Source: a virus. Taken from it: DNA of 13,709 nt. Shown in pieces: positions 1 through 6,913 of this stretch. The stretch lies in the UHGV virus genome UHGV-0265340; one strand, written 5' to 3'. Position numbers and translations under genes: made by a program. The notes under the pieces are model-generated. The model saw only the letters and a program-made list of their open reading frames with translations. It was not told the DNA's origin and searched no databases. Every line of letters starts with the position of its first letter. Position 1 is the first letter of the stretch.

Positions 1-155
1 TCGCTTAGGCATGGAAGTTTTGCGGCATTCTGGCTACACAATAACAAGGGAAGACTCACTCGTGGCTGCAACCCTGCTTACTCAAAATCTATTCACACAT
101 GGTTACGTTTTGGGGAAATTATGAGGGGATCTCTCAGTGCTTCGTCGCTGTCGTC

Positions 156-566
156 TCATTCGTACCTCCTGTCGGTAAATCTGACACCCTGATCCACGGC
201 CCAGGATGTTGTGTACTCAATCAGGCTTGCCATACGCTTCACGCTCATTTGCGCACTGCTTTCGCGGATATTGACGTATTCACCTTCAAGACCTGGCAAA
301 ACATCAGCTTCCTGTTTTGTCGCCACGGCATGACCGCTGATTAACAAAACTTTCCACTGTTCTGGTTTTAGCCACCTGCCGCACCACTTAACCTGGCGGG
401 ATATATCAGCGACCATCGCGTGAAATTTTGCATTTTGAGCGAGATTACGCTTGTAATCGGTGATACGGATCGTAACGGGTTTGTCTTTATCAAGAGTTGT
501 TGCAAGGATGGCGTTAATGGCGAATTGTTGCTGCTGCTTACTTCGGAGGAAGATAGTCTGGTTCAT
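156..566 (-). CDS. ninB: NinB (Orf-family) recombination protein
   Basis: 136-aa ORF; translation runs colinear with lambda NinB as recalled (core ...DQN.K..A...D.SRQV.W.GRWL...); last gene of the minus-strand early operon in the window; stop overlaps the ATG of a short downstream ORF (ATGA at 156-159). Confidence 0.88.
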   Translation of the reverse strand: MNQTIFLRSKQQQQFAINAILATTLDKDKPVTIRITDYKRNLAQNAKFHAMVADISRQVKWCGRWLKPEQWKVLLISGHAVATKQEADVLPGLEGEYVNIRESSAQMSVKRMASLIEYTTSWAVDQGVRFTDRRYE

Positions 567-620
567 TATTCCCTCTCACTGGATTTTCCCAACAAAAAAG
601 GAGCCGAAGCTCCTTTAGTT

Positions 621-1313
621 TCAGAATTCAAATTGTCTTGCCCGCAGGCTTTTCAGCATTGGCGTGGCCCGCTGGATAACGGAACTTGACATGTCGAGAC
701 GTGTTACCTCCCTTAGTAGCGCGTCTCTGTTCTTCGTCACCATGTAGATAGTCTCAAACGCAATGTCATACAGCTTGTTCGTGTATGAGGAGTTCAGCTC
801 TTTCATTATGGGGTACAGCTGCTTGCTAAGGTCCTGGGCTTTTTCCATCCAGAGTTGCATGTAACAAAGGAGGATGATTTCCTCGGCTGTGAATTGTGGC
901 TGAATCTGCGGCTGCTGTTCGGTTGGTGCTGTTTTTCCCTGGCTGAAATAGCAGTCTTCCAGTTTTTCGAACACTTCCCACGCCTGATCGGTTTCTAGCA
1001 TTTTGGCGTGACGGGCTGCGCCTCGTTCTGTCCAGAGGATGAGGGAGCGGGCTTTCGGGGAAATTTGTAACCCTCTTAAAGATGGTTGCAAATTTTGTGA
1101 GTAGTTTAAAGCTACCCGCAAATTTTTCAGGGCATCGCCAGCCACTTTGAAAAAATGCTTTCCTTCAATAAAGCGCTCAGCATTTCTGGCGTAGTTATTT
1201 TGAATGTTCTTAACTTCAGCACCGTACAACTGCGCCAAAAGTTCGGTGGTAATAACAGGAATCTGGTTATGGGTGATCGGGGAGAGAGTTTCAACAGAGA
1301 TTTGAGTTGTCAT
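621..1313 (-). CDS. Roi/antirepressor-like phage DNA-binding protein (Bro-N/ORF6N-type N-terminus)
   Basis: 230-aa ORF with ATG at 1313 and SD-like GAGGG upstream; N-terminal segment (NYARNAERFIEGKHFFKV) resembles ORF6N/antirepressor N-domains; sits just upstream of ninB where lambdoid phages carry roi/ant-like genes. Family call is from recollection only. Confidence 0.7.
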   Translation of the reverse strand: MTTQISVETLSPITHNQIPVITTELLAQLYGAEVKNIQNNYARNAERFIEGKHFFKVAGDALKNLRVALNYSQNLQPSLRGLQISPKARSLILWTERGAARHAKMLETDQAWEVFEKLEDCYFSQGKTAPTEQQPQIQPQFTAEEIILLCYMQLWMEKAQDLSKQLYPIMKELNSSYTNKLYDIAFETIYMVTKNRDALLREVTRLDMSSSVIQRATPMLKSLRARQFEF

Positions 1314-1473
1314 AATGACGCCCTCGAGTGGTTTCTTAATAACTCACCACCGACGACGCCAATCGTCTGGTGGTGAACTGTGCAGGGTTGGCGTAACCGG
1401 GAAACCGACCGGCGCGGATCTCTCCGCCCCCACACAGCCCACCATAATTCAGATGTGCGCGTGCATACGACAA

Positions 1474-1496
1474 TAAAAAACACGCTCGCGGCGTGT
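1474..1496 (-). terminator. Intrinsic terminator on minus strand (tR2-like position)
   Basis: Minus strand reads ACACGC-CGCGA-GCGTGT followed by TTTTTT (plus-strand A-run 1475-1480, stem 1480-1485 / 1491-1496); lies between the cargo island and the antirepressor/ninB genes. Confidence 0.5.
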
Positions 1497-1594
1497 ATCT
1501 GTCGCGGTCTCTATCCAGGACGCCAATCCCGACGCCAGATTTTGCTGGCGTGCGGTGAATATAATCCCGGATACCTATTTTTGTCAAACAACCG

Positions 1595-1622
1595 TTGCGC
1601 ATTACACAACAGTCGCTATAAT
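1595..1622 (+). promoter_or_regulatory. Putative sigma70 promoter of higBA
   Basis: -35 TTGCGC (1595-1600), 16-bp spacer, perfect -10 TATAAT (1617-1622), about 28 bp upstream of the higB ATG. Confidence 0.4.
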
Positions 1623-1650
1623 GATTCGCGTAACGCAACAGGAAACAAGC

Positions 1651-1929
1651 ATGATAAAAAGCTGGAAACACAAAGGACTTCAACGTTTCTTTGAAACAGG
1701 AAATGCATCAGGCATAAATCCCAATCACGTTAAACGCCTGAGAACGCGCCTTCAGGTAATAGATCAAGCTGAAATCATTGATGATATTAACCTTGCCGGG
1801 TACAGGCTGCACCAGTTGCAGGGGGACAGATCCGATACATGGTCTGTCACCGTCTCCGGTAACTGGAGAATCACATTCGAGTTTCGGAACGGCGATGCTT
1901 ATATTCTTAACTACGAGGATTACCACTAA
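1651..1929 (+). CDS. higB: HigB toxin (RelE/ParE-fold mRNA interferase, plasmid-killer family)
   Basis: 92-aa ORF from ATG 1651 with SD AGGAAACA (1640-1647); near-colinear with Rts1/Proteus HigB as recalled (MIKSxKHKGL ... GNWRITFxFxNGDAYILNYEDYH); stop TAA overlaps the next ATG (TAATG 1927-1931); toxin-first order typical of higBA. Confidence 0.9.
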   Translation: MIKSWKHKGLQRFFETGNASGINPNHVKRLRTRLQVIDQAEIIDDINLAGYRLHQLQGDRSDTWSVTVSGNWRITFEFRNGDAYILNYEDYH

Positions 1930-2234
1930 TGGCGATGTTTAACCCCCCTCATCCCGGAGAAATTATTGCTGATATTCTGGAAGATCAGAATATTGGAATC
2001 AGGGAACTGGCAAGAGCGCTTGATGTCGCGCCTTCCACTGTTCAGCGACTGGTTTCAGGTAATGCGACAATATCTCCTGAAATGGCTGTTCGTCTCGCTG
2101 CTGTCCTGGGTGGAACTCCGTCTTCATGGATTCGTCTCCAGACGGCATGGAGCCTCGAAAAAGCGGAAAGAGAAGTTGACGTATCTCATCTCTCAACAAA
2201 ATACCGCCCGGCAGAAATTTCGCCTCATGCTTAA
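1929..2234 (+). CDS. higA: HigA antitoxin (XRE-family HTH)
   Basis: 101-aa ORF translationally coupled to higB; HTH segment IRELARALDVAPSTVQRLVSG; overall similarity to HigA antidote proteins (PHPGEII...LED motif at the N-terminus). Confidence 0.9.
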   Translation: MAMFNPPHPGEIIADILEDQNIGIRELARALDVAPSTVQRLVSGNATISPEMAVRLAAVLGGTPSSWIRLQTAWSLEKAEREVDVSHLSTKYRPAEISPHA

Positions 2235-2281
2235 CCACCGCGCCGTCATTCTGGCGGCGCTTTACCCCAGAGAAATATCAA

Positions 2282-2527
2282 TCACCGGATTACCACATCC
2301 CACTCCGGCTCCTGCCATCTCAAATCCGGTGAATCATTTCTCTCAGGAATAACCATTACGTCCTTTTCCCTTCGCTCCCTTTCTATCGCCATCACAGCCA
2401 ATGCTGTAACCATGATGTATTTTTGTTCGTCGGTTCCTGTTTCATAACGACGCATGAGGGTAAACTCGGGGCGATCAGTAACCTCAATGATTTCGTTAAT
2501 TTCTTTAATTTCGCGAGGAATATCCAT
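2282..2527 (-). CDS. Hypothetical small charged protein (81 aa), divergent from the DUF4145-like gene
   Basis: ATG at 2527 preceded on the minus strand by a strong SD (AAGGAGA, 8-nt spacing); translation is E/R-rich and protein-like; no recognisable family. Its start overlaps the plus-strand start at the CCATGG palindrome (2524-2529), so it may be spurious. Confidence 0.3.
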   Translation of the reverse strand: MDIPREIKEINEIIEVTDRPEFTLMRRYETGTDEQKYIMVTALAVMAIERERREKDVMVIPERNDSPDLRWQEPEWDVVIR

Positions 2528-3200
2528 GGGTTTAGTCTCCTTTGATATCACATGCCCGCACTGTTTAAAAGAGCGAGCTGTTATTGAGGCATTTGCCGAA
2601 AAACAAATTGAAAAAACACCTTTTTTTAACGTCGCTTTTGTATGCAGAAGTTGTCATCGAGGAGGTGTTGCTATTGTTGAAATCCCATCAGACCACTATC
2701 ACGGTCCCATGGCGGAAAGCCAGAAAAAAGACCTCGATATTCTGATTTCAGGAAATAGCCAGTACCGTTTCCGCAAGATCTATCCTGTGGTCAAAAAAAT
2801 TACCGCACCAGAATATACACCCCCGGTTGCAGACCGTACTTTTGTTGAGGCAAAAGAGGATTTACAGAGGAGGCGGTACGACACAGTGGTTATTCTTTGT
2901 CGCAGAGTCCTCGATATCTCCACGAAAAAACTGCTCGGCGATGAAGCAGGAAAAGAATCGCTGTCGCAACGTATTCAGATGATTTACAAAAAAGGCCTGA
3001 TCACTGAACAGATGAAGGAATGGGCTCATATTGTACGAATTGATGCCAATAAAGCAGTTCATACAGATGAAGTTTTCACACCAATTGAGGCAAGCCAGAT
3101 CCTGAGTTTTACCGAAATGTTTTTAGTCTACGCCTTCACTCTGCCTGCAATGGTGGAAGCCAGACGTGAACAAAAAAGATCAGATTCAGCCTCTATATGA
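2526..3200 (+). CDS. Zn-ribbon + DUF4145-like (putative HEPN-type) protein, candidate defence effector
   Basis: 224-aa ORF from ATG 2526 with SD GAGGAA (2515-2520); N-terminal CPHC (C10,C13) ... CRSC (C40,C43) zinc ribbon; C-terminal helical region with R171-x7-H179 (RIDANKAVH) matching the DUF4145 signature as I recall it. Confidence 0.85.
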   Translation: MGLVSFDITCPHCLKERAVIEAFAEKQIEKTPFFNVAFVCRSCHRGGVAIVEIPSDHYHGPMAESQKKDLDILISGNSQYRFRKIYPVVKKITAPEYTPPVADRTFVEAKEDLQRRRYDTVVILCRRVLDISTKKLLGDEAGKESLSQRIQMIYKKGLITEQMKEWAHIVRIDANKAVHTDEVFTPIEASQILSFTEMFLVYAFTLPAMVEARREQKRSDSASI

Positions 3201-3222
3201 ATCACTTTTCTGAACACGTAAG

Positions 3223-3244
3223 CCCCCGTCATTCACGACGGGGA
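3223..3244. other. Perfect 8-bp stem hairpin between convergent genes
   Basis: CCCCCGTC (3223-3230), loop ATTCAC, GACGGGGG (3237-3244); no U-tract on either strand, so at most a weak bidirectional terminator or RNA-stability element; overlaps the stop of the 3233-3664 gene. Confidence 0.4.
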
Positions 3245-3664
3245 GAACATCAATCCCTCTGCACTCCCTCGCCAGAATGCCAGCACACGCTGCATCGTTT
3301 CGCTGTTACGGCACTCGCGACAAATTGTGTTGTAGCGTCTGTCGTAGCGCCGTATTTCCCCATCTGGTAATGCCCGGATAAGGTCTGGATCAACGACAAC
3401 CGGTTTCTTCGACTTTGCCCTTGAGAGTTTTTTGCGGGCATTTTGCCAGTCCTTACGAGCCTGTTCAGACGGGAATACTCCGTAACCGGAATTGTAAACA
3501 TCACCACTGGCGGCCAGCTCCATGCATAAACGACCGACAGACGCATGACTGACACCAATTTCATCCGATAACTGCCGAATCGTGCCTCGTCCGTTAAGGC
3601 GTACGAATTCCACGATCAGCCCCTTAATTTTTTCCCGCTCTTCTGGTGTAAATGCTCTTGTCAT
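3233..3664 (-). CDS. Hypothetical prophage protein with winged-helix-like N-terminus
   Basis: 143-aa ORF from ATG 3664 (GGAG SD region 3675-3678; alternative GTG at 3670); HTH-like TIRQLSDEIGVSHASVGRLCMELAASGDV; part of the minus-strand early operon downstream of the replication genes. Confidence 0.7.
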   Translation of the reverse strand: MTRAFTPEEREKIKGLIVEFVRLNGRGTIRQLSDEIGVSHASVGRLCMELAASGDVYNSGYGVFPSEQARKDWQNARKKLSRAKSKKPVVVDPDLIRALPDGEIRRYDRRYNTICRECRNSETMQRVLAFWRGSAEGLMFSPS

Positions 3665-3679
3665 AAGCACCTCCGGAGA

Positions 3680-4429
3680 TCACTTTGTTGTCGGTGAATG
3701 AACCGGAATATCAGCAATCGAACTGAAAATATCCCGGTGTTTATTCAGCTCCCGCAGCGCGGCGCAGACTCGCTCCCACTTCTGAACATCACTTTTCGCC
3801 CTGCGCAGGGACGGAAAAATCAGCTCATCTGCTTGCGTTTCGGTAAACGATGGCAACGACTGCACAATGTCCGCCACAGTTTCTGTTTTAATTTCTTCCT
3901 GTGTTGCGGCTTCCCGGACTGGTAACGCAGCACCTGCTGGCTGAGGAAAGGCCTTACCATCATTTTCCGTTACCGGCGCGGTTTTCGGATCTGCTGGTAA
4001 ATTACCCCCCGGCATGCAGTAACGAAATTTACCGTTCTGATTAACGCGTGCCAGCCGCCCCGTTGCGGTTACCACCGCCAGCGTGGAAGCAACCTTGCGA
4101 GTGGTAACTCCGAACTTACCCGCTATTTCTTCACAGGTTTTAGCCCCCTCCTGAGAGATAAACTCAATCATCATGTCAGCGCTAACTTTTGGAGCGACCT
4201 CTTCGGTCAGCATATCCTGTGTTTCAGATTTTACTGGCCGCTCTTCGGTTACCCGGGATTCACCTTCGACAGCCAGAAACCAGGTGTGACCCGTTTTATC
4301 AACAACGCCATTTTTTTTGAGTTCCCACAGTTCGTTGAGAACTTCTTCACGGCTGATATCAAGCCGCGCCGCCAGTTCAACAGAATTGGCTTTTCCCATC
4401 GCTTTCAGTGCATGCAATACGGTTTCCAT
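3680..4429 (-). CDS. Hypothetical prophage DNA-binding protein (winged-helix N-terminus, acidic C-terminus)
   Basis: 249-aa ORF; ATG at 4429; follows the dnaC-like gene with a 25-bp gap; N-terminal wHTH-like segment SVELAARLDISREEVLNELWELKKNGVV; internal second HTH-like segment. Confidence 0.75.
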   Translation of the reverse strand: METVLHALKAMGKANSVELAARLDISREEVLNELWELKKNGVVDKTGHTWFLAVEGESRVTEERPVKSETQDMLTEEVAPKVSADMMIEFISQEGAKTCEEIAGKFGVTTRKVASTLAVVTATGRLARVNQNGKFRYCMPGGNLPADPKTAPVTENDGKAFPQPAGAALPVREAATQEEIKTETVADIVQSLPSFTETQADELIFPSLRRAKSDVQKWERVCAALRELNKHRDIFSSIADIPVHSPTTK

Positions 4430-4454
4430 CGAAAATTTACCTCGTCAAAAATTC

Positions 4455-5195
4455 TCACATACCCTGACGTCCAACGTTTGACCGCCAGCTCTCCCAGTTA
4501 AAATTCACCCAACGACCACCGTTCATGGTCATCCGGTCCATAATCCTCTCACCAAGAAGCGTGCTCATTGCGGCATGATTCAGGTTTGTCAGCATCCCGA
4601 CACTGCGCAGTGATGCCGTCCGGCGGTCAACAATCTGGTGCAGTACCACCTGCTCGTTTTTCGTCTCACGCTGGATGCCAATTTCGTCAAGAACCAGGAG
4701 GTCCACTTCGCACAGTTCACGCAAAAATTTTTCCCCTGACAGTCCGTCGTCATAGCTGGCATGTAACGCGCTCATCACATCCGCCACGGTGACCACTATC
4801 ACGGATTTACCGGCCTTCAGCAGACGATTACCCACAGCCGCCGCCAGATGATTTTTTCCGGTTCCCGGATTCCCGCTGAACACGAAGTTTGTACACCCGG
4901 TCATCAATTCATCGGCAATGGATTTCGCCTGGCTCAGAGCATGGCGCTGACCGTCGTTCTGCACCCGGTAGTTCCCGAATGAGCACTTCCTGTGAAGCGG
5001 CTGGATGCCCGCACGGTTCAGGATTTTTTCAACCCGCGCCTGATGATTCAGGCGGTTAATTTCCTCGCTGCGCTTACGGCCCTCAGCCAGTTGCCATTCC
5101 CGCCATTCGTCGGTCGTCCGGAACGGTGCTGCCACGTGCGGTGGTGCCAGACGGCGCACCCGTTCAAGAATCCCTCCTGTCGAAATGTTTTTCAT
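4455..5195 (-). CDS. DnaC-like replicative helicase loader (AAA+)
   Basis: 246-aa ORF colinear with E. coli DnaC as recalled: MKN... start, Walker A GNPGTGKNHLAAA, Walker B DLLVLDEIG, MLTNLN motif, C-terminal ...WVNFNWESWRS; SD AGGGGG upstream. Confidence 0.92.
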   Translation of the reverse strand: MKNISTGGILERVRRLAPPHVAAPFRTTDEWREWQLAEGRKRSEEINRLNHQARVEKILNRAGIQPLHRKCSFGNYRVQNDGQRHALSQAKSIADELMTGCTNFVFSGNPGTGKNHLAAAVGNRLLKAGKSVIVVTVADVMSALHASYDDGLSGEKFLRELCEVDLLVLDEIGIQRETKNEQVVLHQIVDRRTASLRSVGMLTNLNHAAMSTLLGERIMDRMTMNGGRWVNFNWESWRSNVGRQGM

Positions 5196-5201
5196 GGCTG
5201 A

Positions 5202-6278
5202 TTACCCCCTGAAACCCGGCGGAATTTCGGTGTCCGGTTCAGAAATGTGATTCACGCAACGCAGGCTGACTGCGCCAGCCTTCGGCAGCGACCACGGATT
5301 TTCGAAATTCCTGTTCGGGCCAAAAAACGTCGATGCCTGCTGAACAAATTCAGTTCCCGCTTTCCCGGTAGCCTCCAGGTATCTTGCGTAACGCCTCACG
5401 CCATCCAGCACGACATCCGGTGACACCCCTTCGCGTAATCTGGCCCTCCAGGCATTGAACGCGGATTTCTTCGGGTTTGACCCTGCCCGATGCGGATATT
5501 CACGCCAGACCCGTTCGAACACGTCAGGATAATCAACTCGTCCCGCAGACGGTCCCGGCATCGCCCGGGTTAACCCAATCGGCTTCCCGCTCATCGCGGA
5601 ATCGGCTTCAGGCTGCTGCGGTTGGCGTTGTTGCTCCGGTTCGACGATCAGCACCTGCTGCACACAACGCCCGGAATCTGCTTCCGGTGTCGTGCCAGCT
5701 GGTCCTGGACGTTCAGTCAGAACAGGACAAAAATCCCCCTGCGGGTCCGTGGCGATTTTTTCGCCATGGACCAGAAGGGTTTTATCCCTTTCCTGTTCTT
5801 GTTCCTGTTCTTGGCTTGAAAGGGGCTCTGAAGGGGCTTCAATTTTCCGACATGATTCACGTCTGACATCCAGGTGGAAATCATCCTTATATCTATCATA
5901 AAAGGATGATAAAAAAGGATTTTCCAGCAACACGGAATATTCATTTCTTACCCCAGCACAACGGTTATCGCCAGGTTTCAGCGATTCACCAACCTGCCAT
6001 GCTGCCATTTCATGCACCCATACAACCTCAGAATCATGGTCATAGCTGCAAAAACCAGCCTCGCAAGCCATTTGAAGCCCCTTAGAAGCCCCTTCAGGAT
6101 CAAGTCCGGTTTCGTGAGCAATGTACAAAACAGGCAGGTAATAAAGGCCCAGCATATTGGAATGAGGCGAGGTCATCATATACAACGCCACTACCATACA
6201 TTCCGGACCAGACTTCCTTAGTTTTCTCCCTGTTTCGCCTAACCAGAACTGAGGTGAAATTGTTGCGTAATTACGCAT
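5202..6278 (-). CDS. Phage replication protein with DnaT-like C-terminal domain
   Basis: 358-aa ORF with SD GAGGGG; C-terminus ends ...SEPDTEIPPGFRG, paralleling the C-terminus of primosomal protein DnaT as recalled; stop lies 7 bp before the dnaC-like start; contains low-complexity EQEQEQ and one copy of the upstream ~60-bp repeat. Confidence 0.85.
   Translation of the reverse strand: MRNYATISPQFWLGETGRKLRKSGPECMVVALYMMTSPHSNMLGLYYLPVLYIAHETGLDPEGASKGLQMACEAGFCSYDHDSEVVWVHEMAAWQVGESLKPGDNRCAGVRNEYSVLLENPFLSSFYDRYKDDFHLDVRRESCRKIEAPSEPLSSQEQEQEQERDKTLLVHGEKIATDPQGDFCPVLTERPGPAGTTPEADSGRCVQQVLIVEPEQQRQPQQPEADSAMSGKPIGLTRAMPGPSAGRVDYPDVFERVWREYPHRAGSNPKKSAFNAWRARLREGVSPDVVLDGVRRYARYLEATGKAGTEFVQQASTFFGPNRNFENPWSLPKAGAVSLRCVNHISEPDTEIPPGFRG
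5546..5640. repeat. Diverged third copy of the ~60-bp repeat, inside the replication gene
   Basis: CAGACGGTCCCGGCATCGCCCGGGTTAACCCAATCGGCTTC...AGGCTGCTGCGGTTGGCGTTGTTGCTCCGG matches the two copies at 6312-6472 apart from an internal 23-bp insertion. Confidence 0.8.
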
Positions 6279-6311
6279 AGTCCCCTCGCATACAAGATTT
6301 ACTCCATACCG

Positions 6312-6472
6312 CAGACGGTCCCGGTATCTCCCGGGTTAACCCAATCGGCTTCAGGCTGCTGCGGTTGGTGTGACTGCACATTGGTGTGACTGCACATCTT
6401 CACAGACGGTCCCGGTATCTCCGGGTTAACCCAATCGGCTTCAGGCTGCTGCGGTTGGTGTTGTTGCTGGCG
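6312..6472. repeat. Two direct copies of a ~59-bp repeat (91-bp period) plus an embedded 16-bp tandem duplication
   Basis: Copies at 6312-6370 and 6403-6460 (CAGACGGTCCCGGTATCTC(C)CGGGTTAACCCAATCGGCTTCAGGCTGCTGCGGTTGGTG); TTGGTGTGACTGCACA duplicated in tandem at 6365-6396; located between the cII-like gene and the replication gene. Confidence 0.85.
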
Positions 6473-6531
6473 AAATTCTTCCAGATGTGGCAGAATTATT
6501 CCCGTGTATTGCTCCATGCCCTGCCTGAATA

Positions 6532-6828
6532 TCAGATATTCATCAGGATTTGCTCAGAACGTCCGGCCCCAACCGGACGTTTTTTATTTGCATGAACGTT
6601 AATGGCATGCTGGAAAGCCCGGCTGATCGGACTGATATCAGATGCCATCTGGAACGCGCATAAAATCGCCGCGATGTATCGCCAGTCGGTACGACTGATC
6701 TTCGATTCATGGCAGCCAATCATCTTTGCCAGTCCCCTTTGCGTCAGAGCTGACAGGTTGATAAGTAAATCCGTTTCAGCGCGATCGATATCGCGCTGTG
6801 ATAGTTTGCTGTAACTTGTTTGTGACAT
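6532..6828 (-). CDS. cII: CII-like transcriptional activator
   Basis: 98-aa ORF; C-terminus ...NKKRPVGAGRSEQILMNI parallels lambda CII ...NKKRPAATERSEQIQMEF as recalled; central HTH; canonical position between the cro-like and replication genes. Confidence 0.85.
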   Translation of the reverse strand: MSQTSYSKLSQRDIDRAETDLLINLSALTQRGLAKMIGCHESKISRTDWRYIAAILCAFQMASDISPISRAFQHAINVHANKKRPVGAGRSEQILMNI

Positions 6829-6913
6829 TTCTTATGATTCCAAATAGTGAATAGTTAGTTGAAAGGTATGCGTGGAAACGCATATGGCCTTAGTAGGTCA
6901 GATATCTTGGGGC

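Noticed and set aside
99-344. Plus-strand 81-aa ORF
   Set aside because: Lies entirely antisense to the well-supported ninB gene and has no RBS or protein-like features; treated as a shadow ORF.
1336-1694. Overlapping ORFs of 115 aa (minus) and 104 aa (plus) in the region upstream of higB
   Set aside because: Translations have biased, non-protein-like composition (Arg/Cys/His-rich), overlap the higB promoter and start, and the region contains the minus-strand terminator; interpreted as non-coding regulatory DNA.
1966-2352. Plus-strand 128-aa ORF and minus-strand 79-aa ORF (1999-2238) overlapping higA
   Set aside because: Alternative-frame and antisense shadows of the strongly supported higA coding frame.
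5795-5815. Short GAACAAGAACAGGAACAAGAACAGG repeat
   Set aside because: A simple in-frame repeat encoding an EQEQEQEQ low-complexity linker in the replication protein; not a regulatory or CRISPR-type repeat.
3250-5866. Assorted alternative-frame ORFs inside the minus-strand genes (for example 3250-3564, 3698-3925, 4286-4501, 4568-4792, 4992-5201, 5477-5866, 5622-5944, 6012-6221)
   Set aside because: All overlap, in other frames or antisense, longer ORFs with clear homology (DnaC-like, DnaT-like and others); none has an independent RBS or recognisable motif.
6312-6472. Possible CRISPR array
   Set aside because: Only two long copies (about 59 bp, 91-bp period) with a nearly absent unique spacer, a third copy inside a gene, and the repeats are translated in frame; no cas genes. 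Treated as a replication-region repeat instead.
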